NCBI GenBank assembly: GCA_047602405.1
Contig: JASGHJ010000001.1
Location: forward strand, 2,048,001 to 2,112,000
Source of the DNA: Anaeromyxobacteraceae bacterium
GTDB taxonomy: Bacteria > Myxococcota > Myxococcia > Myxococcales > Anaeromyxobacteraceae
Reading direction: 5' to 3'
Length of the DNA stretch: 64,000 bases
Shown here: piece after piece, positions 43,392 to 52,995 of the stretch
Layout: the number at the start of each line of letters is the position of its first letter
Position numbering within the stretch: position 1 is the stretch's first letter
Position numbers and translations under genes: made by a program
The notes under the pieces: generated by a model
Database searches by the model: none
Seen by the model: the letters and a program-made list of their open reading frames with translations, nothing else
What the model was told of the DNA's origin: nothing

Positions 43392-46300
43392 ATGGAGCCG
43401 GTGAGGAAGCGGACCGCCGCCCTGATCTTCTTCGTGTTCGTGCTCGCGCTCGTGGGCGCGACGCTCGCGGTCCTCTCCACGCCGCAGGCCGGCGAGGAGC
43501 TCTGCACCCTGGTCCGGGCGCGGCTCGCCGCGGCGTCCGGCGAGCCGGTGCGGGTCGCCGCGTGCCGCATCCGCCCGCTCTCGCTCTCGGTCGAGCTCGA
43601 CGGGCTGGAGGTCGGCCCCGAGGGCGCGCCGCTCGTCGCGGTCGAGGCGCTCTCGGCCCGGCTCGCCGCGGTCCAGGCGATGAGCCGCCAGGTCCACCTC
43701 GCCGAGCTCCGGGTGGTCCGGCCGCGGGTCCGGGCCCGGATCCCCGAGCGCACGAAGGGGGGCGGCTGCGACCGCGGCCTCCTCGGCGCGGTGGAGGTGA
43801 AGCGCCTGACCGTCGAGGAGGGCTCGGTCGACCTCACCTTCGCGGGCGGCGCCCGGCTCGAGGCCGCGCGCGTCGACGTGCGCTCCCGGCCGGTCACCGG
43901 CGCGCTGCGCGCGCTCGCCGGCGTGCTCCGGACCACGCGGGTCGAGGCGAAGGTGGACGGGCTGCACCTCGTGGCGGGCTCGCGCGACGTCACGGGCACG
44001 GTCAGCGCCGACGGCGACCTCGCCATGGACCTCTCCGGCGTCGACCTGCGCCGGCTCGACGTGGCGGTGCCCGGGCTGGAGGTCACCGCCGAGGGGCGGG
44101 TCCTGGACCTCTGCGCGCCCTCCCTCGACCTGCGCGCGAGCGGCCACGGGGGCGCGGTCCAGCTGTTCGAGCTCATCGACGTCCCCATCGACGTGGCGGG
44201 CGAGGTGGAGGCGCGCGGCCGCGTGAGGGGCAAGCTCGCCTCGCCGCTCGTCGAGGCCGAGGCGCGGATGAAGGGCTTCCGCATCGGCCCCTTCACCGCG
44301 GGCGACGGCTCGGCGGCGGTGAAGGTGACCGATCACGACGTGCAGCTCGACCGCGTCGTGATCCCCATCGGCGCGGGCAGGGCGACCGGCCGGCTCGGCA
44401 TCGGCTTCGGCCGGCCCGTCCCGCTCGACTCGGACGTGCAGCTCGAGAACGTGGATCTCGCCGAGCTCCTCGACCGCTTCGGCATCACCGGCGCCTGGGT
44501 GACCACCCGCCTCGACGGGAAGGCCCACCTCGCGGGCCCGCTCGAGCACCCGGTGGTGCAGGGCGTCCTCACCGGCGAGGCGCGCGAGTTCCGCGCGCTC
44601 ACCCGCTCGTACCTCGCGGGCGCGAGCGACCCGGGCGTGCTCGCGTTCAAGAAGGCGCGCCTCGAGCTCCCGGCGCGGATCGACCTCGACGGGCTCCACG
44701 TCAAGGAGGCGAAGATCGAGGTCGGTCGGGGCACCGCGGTCGTGGACGCGTCCGCCTACTTCGATCCGTCGCGCGGCTTCGAGGTGAAGGGGCGCGGCGA
44801 GGTCGACCTCGACGCGCTCGGGCGGGTCGCCGCCGTCCCGTGGCGCGGGCTCGCGCAGGTCGAGCTCGCCGGCGGGGCCGCGCCGTACGGCAACCCGCGC
44901 ATCGCGGGGCGCGTGCGCGTGGCGGGCTTCCGGTTCCTCGACCTCGACCTCGGCACCGGCGCCTCCGACTTCACCTACGACGACTTCCTCCTCCGGCTCT
45001 CCCGCGCGGAGGGGCTCCGCGGGGTCACGCGCTGGAAGGGCGAGGGCGTGATCGACCTCGCCCGCGCGCCGGCGCACGTGGTGTCGTCGCGGTTCGAGGC
45101 GAAGGGGCGGCTGCGCGACCTCTTCGAGGGCGCGATGGACTTCATCCCGTCGGCGCGGACGATGCGCGACGCGATGGACGGCGACGTCGAGGTCTCCGGC
45201 ACGGCCACCGGCCCGGCCGACGCGCTCGACGCCGAGTTCGAGGGGAAGGTCGGCGCCGGCACGCTGCTCGGCTGCCCGTTCGACGGCGGCAAGGGCTCGG
45301 GCCGGATCCACCGCGGCCGGGAGGTGCGCGTCGACGGCGCCGAGCTCCGCCGGGGCGACGGCGTGCTGCGCGTCGCGGGCACCTCGGGCATCGTGCCCCC
45401 GTTCGCCTGGGACCTCGAGACCTCGTTCTCCGGCTGGAGGCTCGCCGACCTCGGCCTCCCCGGCACCTGGGCGGGCTCGGCGAGCGGCACCGCGCGCTTC
45501 CTCGGGAGCTACGAGGTCCCGAAGGTCCGCTTCGCGGCGAGCGCCCACGGCGCGGCCATCGGGGGGCTCTCGCTCGGCGCCCTCCAGGCGGGCGGGACCG
45601 TCGAGGGCGAGCGGCTCGTCGTGACCGGCGGCGGGCCCGGGCTCGACCTCCGGGGCGAGGCGCGGCTCACCGGCCGCCGCCCGTTCGAGGCGACGCTCGC
45701 CGTCGACCTCGACGACGCCGCGCGGCTCTGGAACGGCGCGCCCGGCCAGGCGAAGGTGCTGCTGCGCGGCGGGGCCGAGGCGCAGGGCGAGCTCGTGGAT
45801 CTCCCGAACGCGCGGGCGCGGGTCCGGCTCGAGGCGCTCGAGGCGGCGTGGGCGGACTTCCGCGTGCGCGCCGCGGCGCCGGTGCTGCTCGAGGCGGCGA
45901 AGGGCCGCGTGGAGCTCGCCCCGGTGACGCTCACGGGGCCCAACACCGAGCTCACGCTCGGCGGGAGCCAGGCGCCGGGCGGCGAGCTCGACGCCTCGGC
46001 GAGCGGCGCCCTCGACGTGCGGCTCCTCTCCGCGCTCTTCCCGAACGTGCGCCGGCCCTACGGCCAGCTCCGGCTCGAGGCGCACGTGGGCGGCACGCCG
46101 GCCGCGCCGGTGCTGGTGGGGTCGGGTCGCCTCGACGACGTCGGCATGCAGCTCAAGGGCTCGAACGTGACGCTGGCCGACGTCGCGGGCGACCTGGCCT
46201 TCTCGCAGAACAAGATCCTCTTCGACGGCCTCACCGCCACCGTGAACGGCGGGCGGGCGCGGCTCGAGGGCGAGCTCGAGCTCCGGCGGCTCACGCTCGC

Positions 46301-47312
46301 GAGCGTGCACGTCCGAGGGGACCTCGACGAGGTCCCGGTGCAGGTGCCCGCCTACCTGCCGGCGACGCTCTCCGGCCGGGTGGAGCTCTCCGGCACGCCC
46401 GACGCCTCGACCCTCGGCGGCCGCATCCACGTGGTGCGGGCGCGCTACACGGAGGACGTCGGCATCGAGAAGGCGGTGCTGGAGCTCCGCAGGAAGCCCC
46501 CTCCGCCGCCCCGGCCCTACGACAAGGCGGGCGAGTGGCTCCGCCTCGACGTGCAGATCGCGGTGGACGGCGACGTCCGCATCGAGAACGACCTCGTGCG
46601 CGGCCCGGTGACGGGCGACCTCCTCCTCACCGGGACGCTCGCGGCGCCGGGCCTGCTCGGCAGCCTCGCGATGGCGGACGGCAGCCGCGCGGTCTTCCGC
46701 GGCAACGAGTTCGACCTCTCCCACGCGGTGGTCGAGTTCACCGGGCGCAACAAGGTCGAGCTGGCGCTCGACGCGCACGGCGAGGCCCAGGTCCGCGACT
46801 ACCAGGTGTTCATGCACATCTTCGGCTCGATGGAGAAGCCGCAGCTCACGCTCACGAGCTCGCCGGCGCTCTCCGAGCCCGACATCATCACGCTGCTCTC
46901 GCTCGGCTTCACCCGGCGCGACGCCGCCGCGGGCGACGGCATGGCGGGCGTCGCCACCGCCGCCGCCGCGCAGGCGCTCGTCTCCGCCTCCGGCCTCGAC
47001 GAGCAGGTCCGCCGGTTCCTCCCGCGGAACGGCGTGCTGCGCGACTTCTCGGTCCGCATCACGAGCGCCTACTCGGAGGGCACCGGCCAGGTGGAGCCGC
47101 GCGCGGAGTTCGAGTCCTACCTCATGAAGGACCGGCTCCGGCTGCGCTACCAGGCGCCGCTCGGCGCCGCGCGCGGCCAGCGCGCCCAGGCCGAGCTCAA
47201 GCTCGGCAGCCACACCGCGCTCCAGTACCAGTGGGAGAACGACAACCCCGACGTCGCCACCGGCGACCACGGCCTCGACCTCAAGCTGCGGTGGGAATGG
47301 ACCGATCGCTGA
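43392..47312 (+). CDS. tamB: TamB/AsmA-like translocation and assembly module protein
   Basis: N-terminal TM anchor, long beta-rich body, DUF490-like end (LTGTLAAP.LLG, LTSSPALSEPDIITLL, DLKLRWEW). Confidence 0.85.
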   Translation: MEPVRKRTAALIFFVFVLALVGATLAVLSTPQAGEELCTLVRARLAAASGEPVRVAACRIRPLSLSVELDGLEVGPEGAPLVAVEALSARLAAVQAMSRQVHLAELRVVRPRVRARIPERTKGGGCDRGLLGAVEVKRLTVEEGSVDLTFAGGARLEAARVDVRSRPVTGALRALAGVLRTTRVEAKVDGLHLVAGSRDVTGTVSADGDLAMDLSGVDLRRLDVAVPGLEVTAEGRVLDLCAPSLDLRASGHGGAVQLFELIDVPIDVAGEVEARGRVRGKLASPLVEAEARMKGFRIGPFTAGDGSAAVKVTDHDVQLDRVVIPIGAGRATGRLGIGFGRPVPLDSDVQLENVDLAELLDRFGITGAWVTTRLDGKAHLAGPLEHPVVQGVLTGEAREFRALTRSYLAGASDPGVLAFKKARLELPARIDLDGLHVKEAKIEVGRGTAVVDASAYFDPSRGFEVKGRGEVDLDALGRVAAVPWRGLAQVELAGGAAPYGNPRIAGRVRVAGFRFLDLDLGTGASDFTYDDFLLRLSRAEGLRGVTRWKGEGVIDLARAPAHVVSSRFEAKGRLRDLFEGAMDFIPSARTMRDAMDGDVEVSGTATGPADALDAEFEGKVGAGTLLGCPFDGGKGSGRIHRGREVRVDGAELRRGDGVLRVAGTSGIVPPFAWDLETSFSGWRLADLGLPGTWAGSASGTARFLGSYEVPKVRFAASAHGAAIGGLSLGALQAGGTVEGERLVVTGGGPGLDLRGEARLTGRRPFEATLAVDLDDAARLWNGAPGQAKVLLRGGAEAQGELVDLPNARARVRLEALEAAWADFRVRAAAPVLLEAAKGRVELAPVTLTGPNTELTLGGSQAPGGELDASASGALDVRLLSALFPNVRRPYGQLRLEAHVGGTPAAPVLVGSGRLDDVGMQLKGSNVTLADVAGDLAFSQNKILFDGLTATVNGGRARLEGELELRRLTLASVHVRGDLDEVPVQVPAYLPATLSGRVELSGTPDASTLGGRIHVVRARYTEDVGIEKAVLELRRKPPPPPRPYDKAGEWLRLDVQIAVDGDVRIENDLVRGPVTGDLLLTGTLAAPGLLGSLAMADGSRAVFRGNEFDLSHAVVEFTGRNKVELALDAHGEAQVRDYQVFMHIFGSMEKPQLTLTSSPALSEPDIITLLSLGFTRRDAAAGDGMAGVATAAAAQALVSASGLDEQVRRFLPRNGVLRDFSVRITSAYSEGTGQVEPRAEFESYLMKDRLRLRYQAPLGAARGQRAQAELKLGSHTALQYQWENDNPDVATGDHGLDLKLRWEWTDR

Positions 47313-50300
47313 CGATCGCCCTCCTCCTCGCCCTCGCCGGGCCGGCGCTCGCGGCCCAGGCCGGGGAGGCGGGGCCGACGCGGGTGGCCGAGGTGCGCCT
47401 GGCGCTGCCGCCCGGGGAGGACGCTGCGGCGGTGCGGGACCTCCTCGCCGTGGCGCCCGGCGACCCGCTCTCCTCGCGCGCGCTGCGGCGCTCGGTGCAG
47501 CGGCTCTACCAGACCGGCCGGTTCCGGCAGCTCAGGTTCCGGGCCGTCCCCGCCGAGCCGCCCGACGGCGGCGGCGAGCGCTGGGTGACGCTCGTGCTCG
47601 AGGCCGAGCCGGTCACGCGCATCGGGAGCGTCTCCGTGCGCTGGGACGGGCCGGCCGCGGTCGACGCGGAGGTCCTGCGGGCCGCCGCGCGGCTCGTGCC
47701 CGGCGAGCCGTACGAGCGCGCCGACCTCGACGTGGCGCAGGCGGGGGCGGCCGCCGAGCTCGCGCGGCGCGGCTGGCGCGCGGCCTCGGTGCGCGCCTCG
47801 GAGGAGCCGAACGGGGTCGTCGTGCTCTCGGTCAAGGCCGGCGAGCCGGTGCGCATCGCGGCGGTCCGGGTCATCGGCGAGCCGGGCGGCGCCGCGGCGA
47901 CCTCGGCGGCGCTGCGCGCCCGGGTGGGCGAGGTGCTCGACGAGGCGGTGCTCGCCGCCGACCTGCGCGCGCTCGGGAACGGGCTGCGCGAGGCCGGGTG
48001 GCGGCGCGCCCGGGTGCTCGCGCCCGCGGTCGACGTCGACGGCGCGCGGGCGACCGTGGAGGTGCGTATCGAGCCCGGGCCGCGGTTCGAGCTCACGTTC
48101 CGCGGCAACGCCGTCGCGACCGCCCGCCAGCTCGAGCGGGAGCTCGGGCTCGACCCGGAGCTGCCGCTCGACCTGCCCGCCATCGACGCCTCCGCCGAGC
48201 GCATCCGGGCCTGGTACCGCGCCCGGGGCCACGCCGCGGTGCGCGTGGAGGTGGAGGAGGGGGAGGCGCCGGGCGCCGTGCGGCTCACCTTCCACGTCGA
48301 GGAGGGCGTCGTCTACCGGATGGGCGCGCTGCGGATCGACGACGCCGCGCAGCGCGGCGCGCGCTTCCTGCGCGCCCGGCTCGTGGCCTTCCTCGACGAG
48401 GAGGGCGTGCCGGGGCCGCCGCCGGAGGCCGACCGCGCCCGCGTCGCGCTCGCCGCGTTCCCGGGCACCCGGCCGCCGCCGCCGCCGGAGCCCCCGGGCG
48501 CGCTCCCGCCCAGCCGCACCTGGGATCCGGAGGCCTGGGATCGCGCCGGCGAGAAGGTCGCCGACCTCTACCGCGCCGACGGCTGGCTCGACGCGGTCTA
48601 CCTCGGCACCTCCGCGACGCTGGACGCCTCCCGCCGCTCGGTGGACGTGACGGTGCGCTTCCTCGAGGGGGCGCGCATCCACGTGGAGTCGATCGGCTTC
48701 GAGGGCAACGTGGCGCTCCCCGTCGACGCCCTCGCCCGCGAGTCGCGCCTCGCGCCCGGCGATCCCCTCGCGTTCGAGAAGGTCGAGGAGACCCGCTCGG
48801 CCATCCTGCGCCGCTACCTCGCGGCCGGGTACCTCTACGCCCGGGTCGAGGCCCGGGAGGACCTCGACCGGACCCGTCACGTCGCGGCGCTCCGCTTCGC
48901 CGTGGAGGAGGGGCCGCGGGTCCGCATCGGCCGCGTGGTGCTCTCCGGCAACCGGCGCACGCGCGACGCGCTCGTGCGCCGCGCGGTGGAGGTGCAGGAG
49001 GGGCAGACCTACGACCCCGACGCGCTGGCCCGCAGCCAGGCGGCGCTCCTGCGGCTCGGGGTCTTCCGCTCGGTGGAGCTCCGCCTGCAGGAGGCGGAGG
49101 TGCCGGCCGAGGTGAAGGATCTCGCGGTCGAGCTCGCCGAGCGGCCCTACGCGACCCTCGCGCAGGGCGTCGGCTTCTCCATCGCGAACGGCCCGCGGGC
49201 GACCGTCGAGTACCTGCGCCCGAACCTGTTCGGCCGCGCGGTGGAGCTCACCGCCCGCGCGAAGGCGAACTACCCGGTCAACACCGCGCTCAGCTACCGG
49301 CCCGAGCTCGTGAACAAGGCGGCCCGCGACGTCATCGAGGGCCGGGTCGACCTCGGCCTGCGCGCGCCCGGCACCGGCCTGCCGGTGAACGCGGGCCTGC
49401 GCACCGACCTCATCGGCGAGATCCTCCACCGGCGGGCCTACGACCTGCGCCGGGTGGCGGCCATCACCGGCGTCGACTTCGGCCTCGCCTCGCGGCTCTC
49501 GTACTCGCTGCAGTACGAGCTCGAGCTCGACGACATCAACAAGACCCAGGCGGCGGGCGTCGTGACCCAGGCCGATCTGGAGCGGCTGCGCTTCGACAAG
49601 GGCGTGACGACGCTGCACGCCGTCCGCCCGTCGGTGACGCTCGACCTGCGCGACAACTCCGCCCACCCGCACTCGGGCCTCTACGCCTTCGCCTCGGCCG
49701 AGTACCAGCGCTCGCTCGGCGACGGCGGGGTGGCGGTGCTGGGCCTCCTGCCGGGCTCGGAGATCCACACGAACCTCGTGAAGGTCCAGGCGACCGGCTC
49801 GATGTACTGGCCGGTGGGCGCCTCGGTGATCGCGCTCTCGCTCCGCGGCGGGCGGGTGTTCCCGCTCGACGGCGACTCGAAGACCATCGTGCCGCGCCGG
49901 TTCTTCCTCGGCGGCGCCGCCTCGATGCGAGGCTACACCGAGGAGGAGATGACCCCCGAGGACGTGCGCGGCGACCTCGCCGCGGAGGGGCGCTACTGCG
50001 CGACGAGCCCGACCGACGTCGGCTGCACCGACCGCGGCCGGCGCATCGCCGCGGGGAGCCGCCCGGTCTCGGAGGGCGGCGAGGCGTTCGTGCTGGCGAA
50101 GGGCGAGCTCCGGGTCCCGGTGTCGCCCACCGTCGAGCTCGGGCTGTTCCTCGACTTCGGCAACCTCTGGCTCGACCCGAGCAAGTTCCGGGTCGTGGAC
50201 CTGCGCGCGAACGCCGGCGCGGGCGTCCGGTTCGTGACCCCCATCGGCCCCGCCGCGCTCGACGTCGGCCTGAACCTCACGCCCGACCACGCCATCAACG

Positions 50301-50341
50301 AGCGCGGGTACGCGGCGCACTTCACGATCGGGCTGTTCTGA
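47297..50341 (+). CDS. Omp85 family protein (TamA/BamA-like) with POTRA domains
   Basis: Signal peptide from ATG 47297; POTRA motifs (FRGN, FEGN, LSGNRRTR); FFLGGAASMRGY, FLDFGN, GVRFVTPIGP; terminal F. Confidence 0.88.
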   Translation: MDRSLTIALLLALAGPALAAQAGEAGPTRVAEVRLALPPGEDAAAVRDLLAVAPGDPLSSRALRRSVQRLYQTGRFRQLRFRAVPAEPPDGGGERWVTLVLEAEPVTRIGSVSVRWDGPAAVDAEVLRAAARLVPGEPYERADLDVAQAGAAAELARRGWRAASVRASEEPNGVVVLSVKAGEPVRIAAVRVIGEPGGAAATSAALRARVGEVLDEAVLAADLRALGNGLREAGWRRARVLAPAVDVDGARATVEVRIEPGPRFELTFRGNAVATARQLERELGLDPELPLDLPAIDASAERIRAWYRARGHAAVRVEVEEGEAPGAVRLTFHVEEGVVYRMGALRIDDAAQRGARFLRARLVAFLDEEGVPGPPPEADRARVALAAFPGTRPPPPPEPPGALPPSRTWDPEAWDRAGEKVADLYRADGWLDAVYLGTSATLDASRRSVDVTVRFLEGARIHVESIGFEGNVALPVDALARESRLAPGDPLAFEKVEETRSAILRRYLAAGYLYARVEAREDLDRTRHVAALRFAVEEGPRVRIGRVVLSGNRRTRDALVRRAVEVQEGQTYDPDALARSQAALLRLGVFRSVELRLQEAEVPAEVKDLAVELAERPYATLAQGVGFSIANGPRATVEYLRPNLFGRAVELTARAKANYPVNTALSYRPELVNKAARDVIEGRVDLGLRAPGTGLPVNAGLRTDLIGEILHRRAYDLRRVAAITGVDFGLASRLSYSLQYELELDDINKTQAAGVVTQADLERLRFDKGVTTLHAVRPSVTLDLRDNSAHPHSGLYAFASAEYQRSLGDGGVAVLGLLPGSEIHTNLVKVQATGSMYWPVGASVIALSLRGGRVFPLDGDSKTIVPRRFFLGGAASMRGYTEEEMTPEDVRGDLAAEGRYCATSPTDVGCTDRGRRIAAGSRPVSEGGEAFVLAKGELRVPVSPTVELGLFLDFGNLWLDPSKFRVVDLRANAGAGVRFVTPIGPAALDVGLNLTPDHAINERGYAAHFTIGLF

Positions 50342-50469
50342 GAACGCCCGCCACCGCGCGAGCGTTGCGCCCCGCACCGTCCTTTGGGTGCGGGGTGCCC
50401 GCTCCCCGGTGCAACCGCCCGTGATCACACGTGTCCTCGCCTGGCCAGCCCCTTGCTATAGGTCCGGGC

Positions 50470-51417
50470 ATGACCACCTGGCGTGAGCTGCTCCTGACCG
50501 ACCACGAGACCACCGAGCGCGTCTTCGCCGCCGCGGAGATCGCCCTCTCCCGCCCAGGCGGACCCACGCCCGGCTTCGTCGCGAACCTGCGGGCCTACCT
50601 CGTCGAGTACGTCGACCGGTGCCACAACGTGAAGGAGGAGACCGCGGTGTTCCCGCTCCTCGAGCGCGCCGGCATCCCGGTCGACGGCGGGCCGCTCGCG
50701 GTCATGCTCGCCGAGCACGCGCAGGCGAAGGAGCTCGTCGGGCACGTCGACGCGGCTGCGCGGGCGTTCACGGCGGGTGACGCGACGGCGCTCGCGCCGC
50801 TCAAGCAGTACTTCGGGGCCTACGCCGAGCTCTGCAAGCAGCACTTCTGGAAGGAGAACGACATCCTCTACCCGCTCGCGGCGAAGCTGCTCGACCCGCG
50901 CACGCAGGAGGAGATGGTCCCCGCCATCGAGGCCGTCGAGGCCTCCACGGGGCCGGACGTCCGGGCCCGCTACTACCGCATCGCCGAGGAGCTCCAGGCG
51001 GGCGCCGCGCTCGAGGACCTCTCGCACGGCCTCGACCGCGACGTGCTCGCAGCCATCCTCAACACGCTCCCGGTCGAGCTCTCCTTCGTCGACCACGAGG
51101 ACAAGGTCCGCTACTTCAGCCACGAGCACGCGGAGAAGATCTTCCCCCGCACGCGCGGCGCCATCGGCGCGAACGTCCGCGGCTGCCACCCGCAGAAGAG
51201 CGTGCACCTCGTCGAGAAGATCCTCGCCGACTTCAAGGCCGGCCGCCGCGAGGTCGCCGAGTTCTGGATCGACATGGGCCCGAAGAAGATCCACATCCGC
51301 TACTGGCCGGTGCGGGCCCGCGACGGCAAGTACCTGGGCTGCCTCGAGACGGTGCAGGACGTCGCCGGCATCCGGGCCCTCGAGGGCCAGCGGCGGCTGC
51401 TCGCCGAGGTCGGCTAG
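50470..51417 (+). CDS. Hemerythrin-like plus PAS (DUF438/PAS_10-like) protein
   Basis: DH...HNVKEE..VFP...EH...HFWKEN..LYP iron-ligand pattern; ILNTLPVELSFVD...GCHP PAS domain. Confidence 0.8.
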   Translation: MTTWRELLLTDHETTERVFAAAEIALSRPGGPTPGFVANLRAYLVEYVDRCHNVKEETAVFPLLERAGIPVDGGPLAVMLAEHAQAKELVGHVDAAARAFTAGDATALAPLKQYFGAYAELCKQHFWKENDILYPLAAKLLDPRTQEEMVPAIEAVEASTGPDVRARYYRIAEELQAGAALEDLSHGLDRDVLAAILNTLPVELSFVDHEDKVRYFSHEHAEKIFPRTRGAIGANVRGCHPQKSVHLVEKILADFKAGRREVAEFWIDMGPKKIHIRYWPVRARDGKYLGCLETVQDVAGIRALEGQRRLLAEVG

Positions 51418-51445
51418 CAGGGCGGGGTAGCGGCGCCGGGCCGGC

Positions 51446-52099
51446 TCAGGCCGGCCAGCGCTCGATGACCTCGTCGAAGGTCTCGAACACGTCGTGCCGG
51501 AGCCCCTTCTCGGCGCAGTAGCGCACGAGCGAGCTGCCGGCGCGGGCGAACACGTGGTCGGCCGCGTCGGCGGCGTGCCGGTCGCCGGTGCCGTCGCCGA
51601 GCATCACCACCCGGTGGCCGGAGGCCTTGAGCTCCTCGACCACGTGGCCCTTGCAGAACCCGCAGAAGCCGCAGTCCGTGCCGTCGAACTCGACCGCGAG
51701 GCCGCCGGGGCCGGTGATGGCGCGGTTCGCGCGGATGGCGATGTGGTCGCGCAGGGCGGGGTGGAGGTCGCCGATGACGGGCTCGATGTACGCGTCGAGG
51801 CCGGAAGACACGATGTAGAACGGCGCGCCGCCGGCGCGGCAGGCCTCGACGAAGCGCTCGAAGCCGGGCCGCAGCACCGCCGTGCGCCGCGCGAACGCGG
51901 CGATCTCCTCGCGGCTCGCCGTGATGGGCGCGAACACCTTCGCGAGGAGCTCGCCGAAGGTGCACTGCCCCGCGAGGTAGGCGTCCTCGGCGGCCTGGTA
52001 CGCCGCCTCGCCCGCGAAGTGCCACGCCACCCGGTCGCCGAGATCGAGCGACAGGGCGGTGCCGTCGAAGTCGCAGACGATGGCCCAGGGGGAGCGCAC
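51446..52099 (-). CDS. HAD-IB phosphatase, MtnX-like
   Basis: CDFDGT, LRPGF, VSSG, CGFCK, GDGTGD. Confidence 0.82.
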   Translation of the reverse strand: MRSPWAIVCDFDGTALSLDLGDRVAWHFAGEAAYQAAEDAYLAGQCTFGELLAKVFAPITASREEIAAFARRTAVLRPGFERFVEACRAGGAPFYIVSSGLDAYIEPVIGDLHPALRDHIAIRANRAITGPGGLAVEFDGTDCGFCGFCKGHVVEELKASGHRVVMLGDGTGDRHAADAADHVFARAGSSLVRYCAEKGLRHDVFETFDEVIERWPA

Positions 52100-52141
52100 G
52101 AGGCCTGGGGTTCTATCAGGCCGACCTGTCAGAAGGCGACT

Positions 52142-52193
52142 CCGTTCGTCCCGAGCGTAGGGCCCGCGTCAGCGGGCCCGGAGACGAGGGACG
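52142..52193 (+). repeat. REP-like palindrome
   Basis: CCGTTCGTCCCGAGCGTAGGGCCCGC-GTCA-GCGGGCCCGGAGACGAGGGACG. Confidence 0.85.
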
Positions 52194-52194
52194 C

Positions 52195-52995
52195 CTACGG
52201 GAACCGGGGCGGGGACACACCCGTGGCCGCCGTGATCTCGAACACCAGGAACGCCTCGATGGGATCGGTGAAGCCGAGGTGGTCCGGCTTCGAGAGCGGG
52301 TAGAGCAGCTCCCCCACGATCGCGACGTGCGGCCAGGCCCGCCAGTAGACGAGCGGACCGGCGCGCAGGAAGGGGTCGCCGCCGCGGCCGGTGTGGAAGG
52401 CCCACTGCGCGCGGCCGCCGGCGAGGAGGGCGCCGCCGCGCAGGGACGCGAGCCAGCCCACGCTGGCGGTCGCGAGCCAGGGCGGCCGGTACACGATGCG
52501 CAGGAGCTCGTCGTAGACGTCCACCTCGCCCTGACGCGAGAGGAGCTTCACGCCGAGGACCTCGTAGATGGCGAACCCGGGGCCCGCCGGCAAACCCCCG
52601 GAGGCGGAGAGGTCGAGCATGCGCGCGGTGGTCCCGTGGCGCTCCGGTAGGGCGGCGTGGTCGTCGGCCTCGGGCATCGGGAGGTGCTTGAAGCTCCGCC
52701 CGAACCGCAGGCCGGCCTCGAGCCCGAGCGCGGCGAGGTCGACGCGCACGCCGGGCCGGACCGCCGCGAAGTCGGTGGTGAGCCAGCCGCGCGTCACCGC
52801 GCCCGCCCACATGAAGTGGGGCTTGCCCCAGCCGGCGGCGACCATGGCCGCCTGCGACGAGCCGAGGTCGAGGACGCCCGCAACGAACGGCCGGGGCTCG
52901 CCCGCCTGCCAGGGATCCTCGGGGACGTCCGCGCGGGCGGTGGAGCAGGACAGCGCGGCGGTGGCGAGCAGCGCGGCGGTGCGGGCGATGGTCAT
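52195..52995 (-). CDS. Exported hypothetical protein, possibly an outer-membrane beta-barrel
   Basis: ATG overlaps the MFS stop (ATGA); signal peptide MTIARTAALLATAALSCSTARA; amphipathic aromatic-rich strands. Confidence 0.6.
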   Translation of the reverse strand: MTIARTAALLATAALSCSTARADVPEDPWQAGEPRPFVAGVLDLGSSQAAMVAAGWGKPHFMWAGAVTRGWLTTDFAAVRPGVRVDLAALGLEAGLRFGRSFKHLPMPEADDHAALPERHGTTARMLDLSASGGLPAGPGFAIYEVLGVKLLSRQGEVDVYDELLRIVYRPPWLATASVGWLASLRGGALLAGGRAQWAFHTGRGGDPFLRAGPLVYWRAWPHVAIVGELLYPLSKPDHLGFTDPIEAFLVFEITAATGVSPPRFP

